Positions 47,131 through 57,329 of a stretch of DNA of 64,000 nt are shown here, piece after piece. The position numbers were made by a program, and so were the translations under genes. The notes below the pieces were generated by a model that saw only the letters and a program-made list of their open reading frames with translations, did not search any database and was not told where the DNA came from. The stretch's first letter is position 1. Every line of letters starts with the position of its first letter. The DNA is from Longimicrobiales bacterium (GTDB taxonomy: Bacteria; Gemmatimonadota; Gemmatimonadetes; Longimicrobiales; Gaopeijiaceae): contig OZ220732.1 in NCBI GenBank assembly GCA_965116905.1, positions 3,296,001-3,360,000 on the forward strand. The letters are read 5' to 3'.

Positions 47131-49875
47131 TCAGAAGTCGTACCTGACCCGCGCCAGCAGCATTCTGCCGATCTCGGGGGCGCCCACAAACTCCTGGTGC
47201 AGATTGTTCAGCAGGTTGTTGGCCGTCAGCGAAACGTGCGTGCCGGGCTGGAACGGAAGCCTGTACCCGACCGACGCGTCCAGGACGCTGTACCCCTCCA
47301 CATTCCCGATGTACACGCCCGAGTTCATCGGAAACGCGGTGGACATCCGCATCCGCCCGCCGAAGGTGAATCCCGAGGTCTGGTCGTCGAAGACGAACCC
47401 GACGGACCCCTTGTGGCTCGGGGCGTTCAGCGCGATGTCGTCCGACGTGGTGCAGTTGCCGTCCTCATTGAAGTCGAAGCACTCATCGCTCTGGAACGAG
47501 TAGCCGGCGTTGATCCTCAGGCGGTCGGAGGCCAGGATCTGGGCGGAAAGGTCCGTTCCCCAGAAGTCGACCTCGCCGAAGTTGCGGTACGTCACCAGCA
47601 GATCGGACGAATCCACCTGGTCCGGCACGATGGTGCCGAGCGGGAGCTGAGCCACCCCCTCGACGATCGGTCTGAGCTGCTCCAAAGTCACGATGCCGGC
47701 CTGGATCAGCGGCGCCAGCCGGTGAACGACGAAGGCGGTGGTGCTCTCGGGGTCGAAGAAGACGTTCGGGGTCACGACCCGGAGCGGGCCGACGAAGTTC
47801 TCCACCCGGCTGAAATACACGTCGGCGGCCAGTAGCACGCGGTCGTTGATCAGGCCCTTGTACCCGACCTCGTAGGTGTTGTTGATCGTCGACGTGAGGT
47901 CGGCGATGGTCTCCACGGGCGAGGAGTCGAGCGGGAACGCGTCCGCCGGATCGATGGCGGCCTGGTTCAGCCGGCGGAGCACCGTGCCGATCATGGGATC
48001 ACCCGGCAGCGCGCCCGGACTCTGCAGAAGATTCTTCAGAAGGTCGGCGAAGGGCACGAAACTGGCGGGGAGGATCGCCGGCAGCATGTCGAGGAGCCCG
48101 GGCCACAGCGCCGCTGCGTTCGCGGGAAGGGGCTGGCCCGGCGCGAAGGGCGAGCGCATGCAGTAGGACATGAGCCCGCCGGGGCACTGGGCGCTGAAGG
48201 TGAAGCCGCCGGAGGGCACGCCCAGGGCGCGGATGTTGTAGGTGATGGGCAGCGGGGAAAGCGGAATCTGCGCGGCGATGATGTCCAGGAAGAGATTGGT
48301 TGTGGTCGGCGTCGCGAACGCCCGGTTGTAGGTGAAGCGGAAGTTCTGCTCGTCCGTGGGCCGGAACACGAGTGCGGCGCGCGGCGAGATGTTGACGTCC
48401 GTGAGCCGGTTGTGGTCGTCCAGGCGGATGGCCGCGACCAGGTCGATCCGGTCGCCGAGCGACGTCTCCGAGTGCAGGTAGGTCCCGACTTCGGAGATCA
48501 TGTCGTCGTTCTCGTTGCGCCCGAAGATCGTGCCGCCGGTGCGCGGGTCGGTCCGCTGCCAGTCGACGCCGTAGGTGAAGCTCTGCCAGGACCCGATGTC
48601 GAAGCCGTACTGGAACTGCGCCGCCATGGTGCGCGACTGGTCCACGACCGCGGCGCCGGTGCGGAGGCCGTAGGTGCCCTCCTGGACCGGCGCGTTGGGA
48701 TCGCCCCCGGAATCGGTCATGTTGAGGAAGGCCTGGGCGAAGAGCCGGCCCTTCGACAGGCGCGCCTGCGCGAAGTTGTACGCCCAGTTCTTCACCTGGA
48801 AGGCCCCGATGCCGGTCATGTCCACGCCACTGGCCAGGACGCTGGTCCCGCCGTTGACGATGAAGGACCCGTCGCCGGCGAATCGGAAGTCGAGACGGGC
48901 GTCGGCCGAGTAGCGCTCGGAGTCGTAGCTCCGGGTGCAGATGCTGCATCCCGCCATGCGCGCCTGCGCCTCGCCGGGATCGTCGTATTCCCAGTCGTTC
49001 CCGCGCTGGTACTGGCCGGAGATCTTCAACCCGAAGTTCTCGGAGGGGGAGTGGGACGAGCGAAACTGGCCGTGGAACAACGAGCGCTCGCCGCCGGCCA
49101 GCGAGATCGTCGTCCCCTGCCGGTCGATCGGCGAGGACGTGATGATATGCATCACCCCGTTCGAGGCATTGGGTCCGTAGAGCGCGGCCCCGGGACCCAG
49201 CGAGACTTCGATCCGGTCGATGTCCAGGTCGGTCGTGGGAAACATCTGGTACGCGTTGAATCTCAGCGACGGAACACGCGCGTACCGGTTGTCGATGATC
49301 GTCAGCAGCGATCCGGAGAAGACGTTGTTGAAGCCGCGCGCCACCACGGTTCCCTGGGCGATGCCCGTCTGGACCGCGTCCACCCCCGGAAGCGTCTTGA
49401 CATGCTCGGCCACCGTGACCGCCGCGACCCTCGCCACGTCGGCCTCGGAGACCGTCGCGATCGAGGCGGGCGCGTCGAGCGCTTTCTCCTGGCGGCGCGA
49501 GGCCGTAACGACCACGGGGTTCAGCAACAGCGCCTGGGAGCGGATCGGGATGTCCACGTTCGCGGTTGCCCCGGCCGCCACCTGGACACCGTCCATCCGC
49601 GTGGTCTCGTAGCCGATCACGGTCACCACGACGGAGTGCGTACCCGCCGCGACCGTGAGGCTGAACCGGCCTTCCGCATTGCTGGCGACCGGTCCGGCCG
49701 CACCCAGCGCCTCCACCGCCGCGTCCGCGATGGGTGCACCCGTTTCGATGTCCGTCACCTGGCCGGTGATTGTACCCTGTTGAGCCTCGGCGCCCGCAGG
49801 AAAGAGCATCGGAGCAGTGACCAAGACAGCAGATGCGACAAAAACGAGACCTTCAAACCGTGATCGGATTCTCAT
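47131..49875 (-). CDS. TonB-dependent receptor with N-terminal carboxypeptidase-regulatory-like domain
   Basis: Signal peptide, GTITGQVTD, VVVTASR, RIEVSLGPGAALYG plug motif, NNLLN, C-terminal VRYDF. ATG at 49875 after GAGGA. Confidence 0.92.
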   Translation of the reverse strand: MRIRSRFEGLVFVASAVLVTAPMLFPAGAEAQQGTITGQVTDIETGAPIADAAVEALGAAGPVASNAEGRFSLTVAAGTHSVVVTVIGYETTRMDGVQVAAGATANVDIPIRSQALLLNPVVVTASRRQEKALDAPASIATVSEADVARVAAVTVAEHVKTLPGVDAVQTGIAQGTVVARGFNNVFSGSLLTIIDNRYARVPSLRFNAYQMFPTTDLDIDRIEVSLGPGAALYGPNASNGVMHIITSSPIDRQGTTISLAGGERSLFHGQFRSSHSPSENFGLKISGQYQRGNDWEYDDPGEAQARMAGCSICTRSYDSERYSADARLDFRFAGDGSFIVNGGTSVLASGVDMTGIGAFQVKNWAYNFAQARLSKGRLFAQAFLNMTDSGGDPNAPVQEGTYGLRTGAAVVDQSRTMAAQFQYGFDIGSWQSFTYGVDWQRTDPRTGGTIFGRNENDDMISEVGTYLHSETSLGDRIDLVAAIRLDDHNRLTDVNISPRAALVFRPTDEQNFRFTYNRAFATPTTTNLFLDIIAAQIPLSPLPITYNIRALGVPSGGFTFSAQCPGGLMSYCMRSPFAPGQPLPANAAALWPGLLDMLPAILPASFVPFADLLKNLLQSPGALPGDPMIGTVLRRLNQAAIDPADAFPLDSSPVETIADLTSTINNTYEVGYKGLINDRVLLAADVYFSRVENFVGPLRVVTPNVFFDPESTTAFVVHRLAPLIQAGIVTLEQLRPIVEGVAQLPLGTIVPDQVDSSDLLVTYRNFGEVDFWGTDLSAQILASDRLRINAGYSFQSDECFDFNEDGNCTTSDDIALNAPSHKGSVGFVFDDQTSGFTFGGRMRMSTAFPMNSGVYIGNVEGYSVLDASVGYRLPFQPGTHVSLTANNLLNNLHQEFVGAPEIGRMLLARVRYDF

Positions 49876-49979
49876 GGGGATCAATCCTCGTGTTCGGGGT
49901 CGCTTGCGGCGGATCCGCCACCCGGCATTCGGTCGCCCCGGCCCAAATGGGTGCCTTGGCCCGAGGCGCTGTCTGGCCC

Positions 49980-50008
49980 AAACTACGAACTTGCGGAGGC
50001 AAAGACAA
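49980..50008 (-). promoter_or_regulatory. Candidate sigma70 promoter of the TonB-dependent receptor
   Basis: Minus strand TTGTCT-17 nt-TAGTTT. Confidence 0.35.
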
Positions 50009-50041
50009 ACGCCGGTGGCGTACGAGCCCGGGAGACAGCGC

Positions 50042-51037
50042 ATGAAGGTCTGGCTTGACGAGAAGGACTTCGAAAACGCCAGACAGCGTGTGGCGCCGGT
50101 GCTTCACCGCACGCCGCTTTTGTCGTTTCGCACGCTGGGCGACAGGATCGGCGCTCCCGTGTGGCTGAAGTGCGAAAGCCTGCAGAGGACGGGGTCGTTC
50201 AAGGTTCGTGGCGCGCTCAACTCCATCGCCTGTCTCGGCGACGGGGAGCGGGGGCGCGGGGTGGTGACGATTTCGGCCGGGAATCATGCGCAGGCCGTGG
50301 CGTGGGCGGCCGCACGAACCGCCACCCGCGCGGTCGTGGTGATGCCGGAGCAGGCGTCGCCCACCAAGGTGGCGGCAACCCGGGGCTACGGTGCCGAGGT
50401 CGTGCTGCACGGGACGGCGGCCGACGCCTTTCGCGAGGCGCGGCGTCTGGCCGAGCAGGACGGGCTGACATTCCTGCACCCCTTCGACTCGGCGGCGGTG
50501 ATCTCCGGGCACGGCTCGACCGGTCTCGAGATCGACGAGGATCTGCCCGGCCGCAAGACCATCGTGGTGCCGGTGGGCGGCGGGGGGCAGATCGCGGGGA
50601 TCGCCGGGGCGCTGGCCGCCGCGGGCCGGGTGGCGCGGCATGGGGCGGCGGTGGGCATCGTGGGTGTGGAACCCGAGGGAGCTCCATCGATGCGCCGGAG
50701 TCTCGATCAGGGGGGCGCCGCGCGTCTGGACGGCACGGACACGATCGCGGACGGACTGGCGCCTCCCATGGCCGGACAGCTGAACTATCGGTACGTCGCC
50801 GAATTCGCCGAGGACGTGGTGCTGGTCTCCGATGCCGAGATTCTCGCCGCCATGCGCCTGCTGCTGACCCGGGCCAAGCTGGTGGTCGAACCCTCCGGAG
50901 CGGCGGCGGTGGCCGCGCTGATGTACGGGCGCGTGCCGTTCGAGCCCGGTCGGCCCGTCGTCGCACTGGTCACGGGCGGCAACCTGGACGACGACCTGCT
51001 CGTGCGGGCCCTGCGCGAGGGGGCGGCGTGGCCCTGA
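50042..51037 (+). CDS. Threonine dehydratase/serine racemase-family PLP enzyme without regulatory domain
   Basis: KCESLQRTGSFKVRGA, SAGNHAQ, VPVGGGG, TIADG, EPSGA, TGGN. Confidence 0.9.
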   Translation: MKVWLDEKDFENARQRVAPVLHRTPLLSFRTLGDRIGAPVWLKCESLQRTGSFKVRGALNSIACLGDGERGRGVVTISAGNHAQAVAWAAARTATRAVVVMPEQASPTKVAATRGYGAEVVLHGTAADAFREARRLAEQDGLTFLHPFDSAAVISGHGSTGLEIDEDLPGRKTIVVPVGGGGQIAGIAGALAAAGRVARHGAAVGIVGVEPEGAPSMRRSLDQGGAARLDGTDTIADGLAPPMAGQLNYRYVAEFAEDVVLVSDAEILAAMRLLLTRAKLVVEPSGAAAVAALMYGRVPFEPGRPVVALVTGGNLDDDLLVRALREGAAWP

Positions 51038-51756
51038 TTCGCATAGACCGCGCGGTCAAGCGGTACGGCGACGTGCTGGCGCTGAACGACGTGACCCTCC
51101 GAGTGGACCGGGGCGCCTGCCTGGCCCTGGTCGGCGAGAGCGGCTCCGGGAAGACGACGCTCCTGCGGACCATCAATCGCCTGACCGAGCTGGACAGCGG
51201 CCGCGTCACCGTTCGCGGCCGAACCGTCGACGCCGTGGATCCGGTGCGCCTGAGGCGTTCGATCGGGTACGTGCAGCAGGACGGCGGACTGATTCCGCAC
51301 TGGACGTGCCTGGACAACGCGGGACTGGTCCCCGCGCTTCTCGGCCACAACGACCCGTCCGAGCGCGGGCGCGATGCACTGCGCGCCGTCGGGCTGGATC
51401 CGGCCGTCTTTGGTGGCCGATATCCCCGCGAGCTGTCGGGTGGTCAGCGGCAGCGCGTCGCCATCGCGCGGGCGATGGCGGCCGATCCCGACATACTGCT
51501 CATGGACGAGCCGTTCGGGGCACTCGACGCGATTACCCGCAACGAGGCGCAGGAGTCGTTCGCCGCGCTGCGCGAGTCCGCCGGTGTCACCGCGGTCTTC
51601 GTTACGCACGATCTGCGGGAGGCGCTGCGCGTGGCGACACGGGTGGCCGTGATGCGCGCGGGCGAGGTCGTCATGGAGTCGGCGGCCGGCGAGGTCGTAC
51701 AGGACGCGACGGGCTACGCGGCCGAACTTCTCGAGAAATCCGGAGTCGCGCAGTGA
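51028..51756 (+). CDS. Osmoprotectant (QAT-family) ABC transporter ATP-binding protein
   Basis: GESGSGKT, RRSIGYVQQ, LSGGQRQR, MDEPFGALD, VTHD. Confidence 0.92.
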   Translation: MALIRIDRAVKRYGDVLALNDVTLRVDRGACLALVGESGSGKTTLLRTINRLTELDSGRVTVRGRTVDAVDPVRLRRSIGYVQQDGGLIPHWTCLDNAGLVPALLGHNDPSERGRDALRAVGLDPAVFGGRYPRELSGGQRQRVAIARAMAADPDILLMDEPFGALDAITRNEAQESFAALRESAGVTAVFVTHDLREALRVATRVAVMRAGEVVMESAAGEVVQDATGYAAELLEKSGVAQ

Positions 51757-53438
51757 CCGGGCGTCGGGGGCGGGCGGGCCTGGTGCTGCCGTTTTTCGCG
51801 CTGTGGGCGCTTTTGGCCGCGGGGGCCCGTGCGGACGCGCAGACGGCATCGGTCTCGGGGGACCACGCGGGCACGCAGACGGCACCGGCCGCGGGGAGCC
51901 AGGCGGGCGCGCAGACGGCACCGATCGTCGTCGCGTCCAAACCGTTCGCCGAGAGCTACCTGCTCGCCGAGGCGTTCGCGCAGGTGCTCGAGTCGCACGG
52001 GCATGCGGTCGACCGGCGACCGGGATTCGCGTCTACCGAACTGGTGTTCCAGGCCCTGTTGCGCGGCGACGTGGACGTCTACCCCGAATACACGGGCACC
52101 GGGCTCGCGGCGATCCTCGGAGAAACCGCGGCCGGAAGCCCGGCAGAGGTGTTCCGCAGGGTCAGCGACGCGTTCCTGGAGCGCTGGGGTGTGCGCTGGC
52201 TGCCCCCGCTGGGCTTCGAGAACACATACGCGATCGCCATGCGCAGGGCGGCGGCGGACTCCCTGAGTCTGCGTACGTTGACCGGGCTGGCAGACGCTGC
52301 GCCGGGGCTCGCCGGCGGCTTCTCGCCGGACTTCATGGGCCGCGCCGACGGACTCGACGGACTCACCGCCGCGTACGGGATCGAATTCCGGGAAACGCGC
52401 AGCCTCCTGCAGGCGGTCAAGTACCAGGCGCTCGCCGAGGGCGCGGTCGACGTGATCGATGCGTACTCGACGGACGGCGCGATCTCGCGCTACGACCTCA
52501 CCGTGTTGGCCGACGATCGCCGCTTCTTCCCCCCGTACGACGCGGCCCCGCTCGTGGGCCGTGCCTTCTACGACGAGCGCCCGGAGGCGGTCCTCGCGCT
52601 GGCACGCATGGCCGGGCGGGTCGATGTCGAGGCCGTGCGGCGCGCGAACGAGCGCATCGAGGTCGAGGGCGTGCCGGTCGACGAGGCGGCGGCCCTGCTC
52701 CTGGTGGACATCGGGCTGGCGGAGGGGGTTCGGGAGGAGGTTGGGGATGAGGTTGGGGATGCCGGGAGCCGGCCGGTGCGCGACGCCGACCGGGGCGTCC
52801 TGCTCGCCCTGCCCGCGTACATGTGGAACGAGCGCACGGAGCTTGCAAGACAGATCGGCCGCCACCTCCTGCTGGTTCTGGCTTCGCTGGGCGCGGCGAT
52901 CCTGGCCGCACTGCCCGCCGGAGTCGCACTGGAACGGCGGCGTTCGATCGCGGAGGGCGTCATTCGCGCCGCGGGTCTGCTCCAGACCATCCCCGGGATC
53001 GCCCTCCTCGCCTTCATGATCCCCGTGTTCGGGATCGGCGCGGCGCCGGCGGTCGTGGCGCTCTTCCTCTATTCGCTCCTGCCGATCCTTCGCAACACCT
53101 ACACGGGCATCGTCGAAGCCGCGCCCGACGCGGTCTCGGCGGGCCGGGCGCTGGGAATGACCGAGGTGCAACTCCTTACCCGCATCCGAATGCCCCTGGC
53201 GGCGCCGGTGATCATGGCCGGCGTCCGCACGGCGGCCGTCATCAACGTCGGGACCGCGACGCTGGCCGCCTTCATCGGCGCGGGCGGGCTCGGCGACCCC
53301 ATCGTGGCCGGGCTCGCGCTCTCCGACCCGGTGATGATTCTGTCCGGCGCCGTGCCGGCGGCGATCCTCGCCATGTTCGTGGACTGGGGTCTTGCCCGTG
53401 CGGAGTCCGTGGTGGCGCCGCCCGGCATCAGGTCCTAG
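51753..53438 (+). CDS. Fused substrate-binding + permease subunit of a glycine betaine/choline/ergothioneine-type ABC transporter
   Basis: Binding domain: VASKPFAESY, YPEYTGT, ENTYA, FFPPYDAAP. Permease: QTIPGIALL, ALGMT, AAFIGAGGLG. GTGA coupling to the ATPase. Confidence 0.9.
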   Translation: MTGRRGRAGLVLPFFALWALLAAGARADAQTASVSGDHAGTQTAPAAGSQAGAQTAPIVVASKPFAESYLLAEAFAQVLESHGHAVDRRPGFASTELVFQALLRGDVDVYPEYTGTGLAAILGETAAGSPAEVFRRVSDAFLERWGVRWLPPLGFENTYAIAMRRAAADSLSLRTLTGLADAAPGLAGGFSPDFMGRADGLDGLTAAYGIEFRETRSLLQAVKYQALAEGAVDVIDAYSTDGAISRYDLTVLADDRRFFPPYDAAPLVGRAFYDERPEAVLALARMAGRVDVEAVRRANERIEVEGVPVDEAAALLLVDIGLAEGVREEVGDEVGDAGSRPVRDADRGVLLALPAYMWNERTELARQIGRHLLLVLASLGAAILAALPAGVALERRRSIAEGVIRAAGLLQTIPGIALLAFMIPVFGIGAAPAVVALFLYSLLPILRNTYTGIVEAAPDAVSAGRALGMTEVQLLTRIRMPLAAPVIMAGVRTAAVINVGTATLAAFIGAGGLGDPIVAGLALSDPVMILSGAVPAAILAMFVDWGLARAESVVAPPGIRS

Positions 53439-53465
53439 CTTGACCGCCAGCTCCAACCAGCGGAG

Positions 53466-54569
53466 GTGACCAACGTGAGCGTCCTGCGCCGCTATTTGCT
53501 CCCCGGCTTCATGTTCCAGTCGGTCGTGATCGCCGGCGGATACGGCACCGGCCGCGAGTTGGCCGAGTTCTTCCTTTCGCACGGTCCGCTGGGCGGCATT
53601 CTCGCCATGGCGCTGTCCACCGCCGTCTGGAGCGCGGTGTGCGTCGTGAGCTACGAGTTCGCGCGCGTGTTCCGCGCCTTCGACTACCGAAGCTTCTTCC
53701 AGCGGCTGCTGGGTCCATACTGGATCGCGTTCGAGATCCTCTATCTCGCGCTCATGATGATCGTGCTCGCGGTGATCGCCGCGGCCGCCGGATCAATCAT
53801 GGAGGAGACTTTCGGCCTGCCCTACCTTGCCGGCGCGATCGGCATCCTGACGCTCGTCGGCTTCCTGGTCTTCGGCGGGAACCGCGTCATCGAGCGGGCC
53901 TTCGCCGGATGGTCGGGCGTGCTGTATCTGGTCTACTTCATCTTCTTCATCCTTTGCATGCGCAACTTCGGCCCCGCCATCCACGCGTCCTTCGCCGCCG
54001 GGGTTGCGGAGCCCAGCTGGATCCGGGGCGGCCTCGAGTACGCGGGGTACAACCTGGCCGTCCTCCCCGCCGTCCTCATCACGATTCGCCACCACCGGAG
54101 CCGCAGGGACACCCTGATCGCCGGGTTGCTCACCGGACCGATCGCGATGATCCCCGCCCTGCTCTTCTTCGTGGCGATCGCCGGCGAGTACCCGGAAATC
54201 GTGGTGGCAACCGTTCCGGTGAACTACATGCTGGAGATGCTCGGCTCGCGCGGCTTCCAGATCGCCTTCCAGGTGATGCTGTTCGGGACGCTGGTCGAGA
54301 CCGGCGCCGGGATGATCCATGCCGTCAACGAACGGATCGCTCAGACGTACGAAGAGAGGGACCGGGAGCTCTCGCCGCGAACGCGTGTCATCGCCGCGCT
54401 GGTGATGCTGGGCCTGGGGGCGTTGATCGCCCAACTGGGCCTCGAAACGCTGATTGCCCAGGGCTACGGCTGGATTACCTACGGCTACCTCGCGGTATTC
54501 GTCGCCCCCGTGCTGACCTGGGGCGTGGTCCTCATCCGCCGCCGGCGCGCAGCCGCCGAAAGCGCCTGA
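53466..54569 (+). CDS. YkvI-like polytopic membrane protein
   Basis: VIAGGYGTGRELAEFF motif and about ten hydrophobic helices. Confidence 0.8.
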   Translation: MTNVSVLRRYLLPGFMFQSVVIAGGYGTGRELAEFFLSHGPLGGILAMALSTAVWSAVCVVSYEFARVFRAFDYRSFFQRLLGPYWIAFEILYLALMMIVLAVIAAAAGSIMEETFGLPYLAGAIGILTLVGFLVFGGNRVIERAFAGWSGVLYLVYFIFFILCMRNFGPAIHASFAAGVAEPSWIRGGLEYAGYNLAVLPAVLITIRHHRSRRDTLIAGLLTGPIAMIPALLFFVAIAGEYPEIVVATVPVNYMLEMLGSRGFQIAFQVMLFGTLVETGAGMIHAVNERIAQTYEERDRELSPRTRVIAALVMLGLGALIAQLGLETLIAQGYGWITYGYLAVFVAPVLTWGVVLIRRRRAAAESA

Positions 54570-55743
54570 TCGCGGCGATTCCCGCGGCGGGCCCGAAGGC
54601 GAGGAAGGCGAAGGCCCAGGCCCAGCCCGTGATTCCGGCCACCACGGGCACAGCCTGGATTGTGGCCGCGGCAAGCAGGAATCCGAGGCAGGTCTGGAGC
54701 GTCAGGGCGGTCCCCGCCGCGCCGCGAGGGGCGACCTCGGTGACCAGCGCGCTGAACTGCGCCGAGTCGGCCACCACGAAGAAGCCCCACGCGAGCGTGG
54801 CGGCGGCGACCAGTATGAACGCCTTCCCGAACAGGAACCCGATCGCGAGGCAGCACACGCCGCTCGCGGCCATGCACTGGATCACAAGCCGTTCCCGGCC
54901 CATCCGGTCCGCCGCCCAGCCACCCAGTACACACCCCAGGCCACCGGCGGCCAGGGCCCCGAAGCTGGCGAGCTCCACCCACTCGTGCCCCGCGCCAGCG
55001 GCCTCGCTCGATGCCGCAAGGAACACCGGAACCCACGCCCACATCGCGTACAGCTCCCACATGTGCCCCAGATAGCCGCCCGTGGCAAGCCGCGTCTCGC
55101 GGTGGCGCAGCACGGTGCGAACGAGGCCCCATGAAAAGGGACGGCGGGAGAAGGGGAACGGACCGTCGCGATAGAACAGCGCCACCAGGACCGCCCCCAG
55201 CAGGGCACCGATCGAGGCCCCGAGCACCACCTGTTCCGGACCCGCCGCCGGTAGCGCCTTGAGCAGGTACGGCGTGGCCTTGCCGACGGTCAGCGCACCC
55301 ACGATGGTGCCGATCGCGAGCCCCCGCGCCGAGCGAAACCACGTGGCCGCCATCTTCATCGCGGGCGGATACACGCCCGCCAGGAGGAAACCGGTGGCGA
55401 AGCGCAGCCCGGCCGCCTGGCCGAATCCGCCGGCGAGAACCACTGCCCCGTTGGCAAGAGCGGCGAGAATGGCGGCGGCGGCGAAGTAGAGCCGCGACGG
55501 CACGATGTCGGCAAGGTTGAGCACGGCGGCCACCGCCGTCCCCGCGACGAACCCCAGGTTGACGCTGGTGGCCAGCCACCCGATCTGGCCCGGCGAGAGG
55601 CTCCACCGGGCACCCAGGTCCTCCGATACGGCGGTGGCGGTGAACCACAGCGACATCCCCAGAAGCTCGGCCACACCGACCAGAACGAGCATTCCCCAAC
55701 GGCGCGGGTCCGAATCCCCGGCGTCGTACTTCCGAGTGCTCAA
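54532..55743 (-). CDS. MFS transporter
   Basis: About 12 TM helices, GVYPPAMKMAATWF, GHMWELYAMW, GWAADRMGRER, ADSAQFS. Tail-to-tail overlap with the YkvI-like gene. Confidence 0.88.
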   Translation of the reverse strand: MSTRKYDAGDSDPRRWGMLVLVGVAELLGMSLWFTATAVSEDLGARWSLSPGQIGWLATSVNLGFVAGTAVAAVLNLADIVPSRLYFAAAAILAALANGAVVLAGGFGQAAGLRFATGFLLAGVYPPAMKMAATWFRSARGLAIGTIVGALTVGKATPYLLKALPAAGPEQVVLGASIGALLGAVLVALFYRDGPFPFSRRPFSWGLVRTVLRHRETRLATGGYLGHMWELYAMWAWVPVFLAASSEAAGAGHEWVELASFGALAAGGLGCVLGGWAADRMGRERLVIQCMAASGVCCLAIGFLFGKAFILVAAATLAWGFFVVADSAQFSALVTEVAPRGAAGTALTLQTCLGFLLAAATIQAVPVVAGITGWAWAFAFLAFGPAAGIAAIRRFRRLRAGGG

Positions 55744-55797
55744 TCGGGTCTGCGGTCCCGTGTCGCGGCCGGTGGCCTCCGCAGCCGGCCGGCGAAC

Positions 55798-57288
55798 TCA
55801 GGGGGACGCGTCAACCAGCCCGAATCCATCCTGCAGCATGGACAGGCCAGCCGGGTTCAAGACCACGTAGGCTGTGTCTCCCGGTACCAGGCCGCACTCG
55901 AGCAGCGCCTCCCGGAGGCGGCCCATTTCGGGGCCGTTGGGATCGTAGGATCGCCAGATCACGGAGGCCGCATCCACGCCGGCCGGGTGCACAAAGGGAA
56001 TCTTGGCGGACTCGTCGAGACCCACGCCCAGATGCTGGGCAACCGCTCCGGAGATCTTCTGGCTGTTGCCCTTGAGATGATGCCCGCCGATCGTGAAATG
56101 AAGAACCGGCCGCCCCTCGCGGGTCCAAACGACGTCCCGTGCCTCGGACAGGCTCTGCACGGGCGTTTTCGGCCGTTCGACGACGCGGACCGTGTCCCCT
56201 ACGACCTGGAACTTCCTCGTGCCGATGTAGTTCCTGACCGTAGCGGGAAGTACGTCGAAGCGCGCCGGAATCTCGTCGACCAGCGACGCCACGCTGGCTT
56301 CGCCGCCGCCATCGTTGATCCGCTTCATGATCGCCTCGACGACGCCCTCGTAGGGCTCTTCCGCCCACTCGGCAAGCCCCCAGCGATCCTTGGTGAACCG
56401 CACGAAAAGCGGATCCGACGACAACAGGCTGGAGAGAGAGGAGCTGTCCGCCAGCCCGCCAACCTCCGCGATCGTCTCCCTCCGGCATGGCCGGTCCAGC
56501 TGCCGCAGCGCCACGTAGACGCGTGCCCTTCGCGTGTCGCGGACCACGAGACTGGGGCCGATGCGGACCAGGCGCGCGTTGCGGACCAGCGCTTCCCACT
56601 CGCGGGATTCGCCGTCGCCGACGACCGACCGCAGGCGCTCCTCGTCGACGACCCCCGCTTCGTTGGCAAAGCCGGGCGCGAGCATGCGCGCGTCCGCGAT
56701 CGATTCCCTGAAGCGCTCGTCCCCCACGACACCGTCCAGGCGTTCGTATCCGCCCGCCGACATTACGGCGACCTCCGCGGCCGTCCTCAAATCGGAAGGC
56801 GCATCGCCCACGAGCAAGTCGAGAATCCTGTCGAACTTCTCCGGTTTGGCGGCCGACCCCACGGCGCGCCGCAGCCACCCCACCGCCCTCGCGATGGAAT
56901 CGGACACCTGCAGGTCCACCGCGTACCGCAAACGGACCTCCAATTGCCGGGCCCGCTCGCGGCTGACCCCGAACTCGTCGCCCAGCGCGGCCAGCTTCAC
57001 CGGATCCCGGGCGTACGTCCTCCTGAGCGCGATCCGCCGACGCCTCTCGTCGAGACTCTGCAGGGCGTTCGCAAACTCTTGCCCTATCTGTATTTCGGAG
57101 CGCAGCGCCGACGCGGATCCGGTGAAGTCGATCTCGCCGGCCACGGTCTCGAGACCGCTCTGCTCCAGGAGCGAGTTCCAGTCAATGCCGGTCAGGTCGG
57201 CTACGGTATCGGCGCCGTGAAAGAGGACCGCGCACGCCAGAAGTCGGTCCACGGCATCATGGTAGTCGGCGTAGTCGGGCTGGGTCAT
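55798..57288 (-). CDS. Sigma70 region-4-like HTH + HARE-HTH (RNAP delta-like) domain protein
   Basis: LDERRRRIALRR...KLAALGDEFGVSRERARQLE (sigma4 HTH) and LSSDPLFVRFTKDRWGLAEW (delta-subunit/HARE-HTH-like). No sigma region 2 is recognisable. Confidence 0.7.
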   Translation of the reverse strand: MTQPDYADYHDAVDRLLACAVLFHGADTVADLTGIDWNSLLEQSGLETVAGEIDFTGSASALRSEIQIGQEFANALQSLDERRRRIALRRTYARDPVKLAALGDEFGVSRERARQLEVRLRYAVDLQVSDSIARAVGWLRRAVGSAAKPEKFDRILDLLVGDAPSDLRTAAEVAVMSAGGYERLDGVVGDERFRESIADARMLAPGFANEAGVVDEERLRSVVGDGESREWEALVRNARLVRIGPSLVVRDTRRARVYVALRQLDRPCRRETIAEVGGLADSSSLSSLLSSDPLFVRFTKDRWGLAEWAEEPYEGVVEAIMKRINDGGGEASVASLVDEIPARFDVLPATVRNYIGTRKFQVVGDTVRVVERPKTPVQSLSEARDVVWTREGRPVLHFTIGGHHLKGNSQKISGAVAQHLGVGLDESAKIPFVHPAGVDAASVIWRSYDPNGPEMGRLREALLECGLVPGDTAYVVLNPAGLSMLQDGFGLVDASP

Positions 57289-57329
57289 CAGGTGTTTCTC
57301 ACAGGGGTCAAGCAAACGAGGCCATCATA

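Noticed and set aside
49876..50041. Cobalamin or other riboswitch upstream of the TonB-dependent receptor
   Set aside because: No B12-box or other recognisable riboswitch core, and the spacer is short and shared with a divergent gene.
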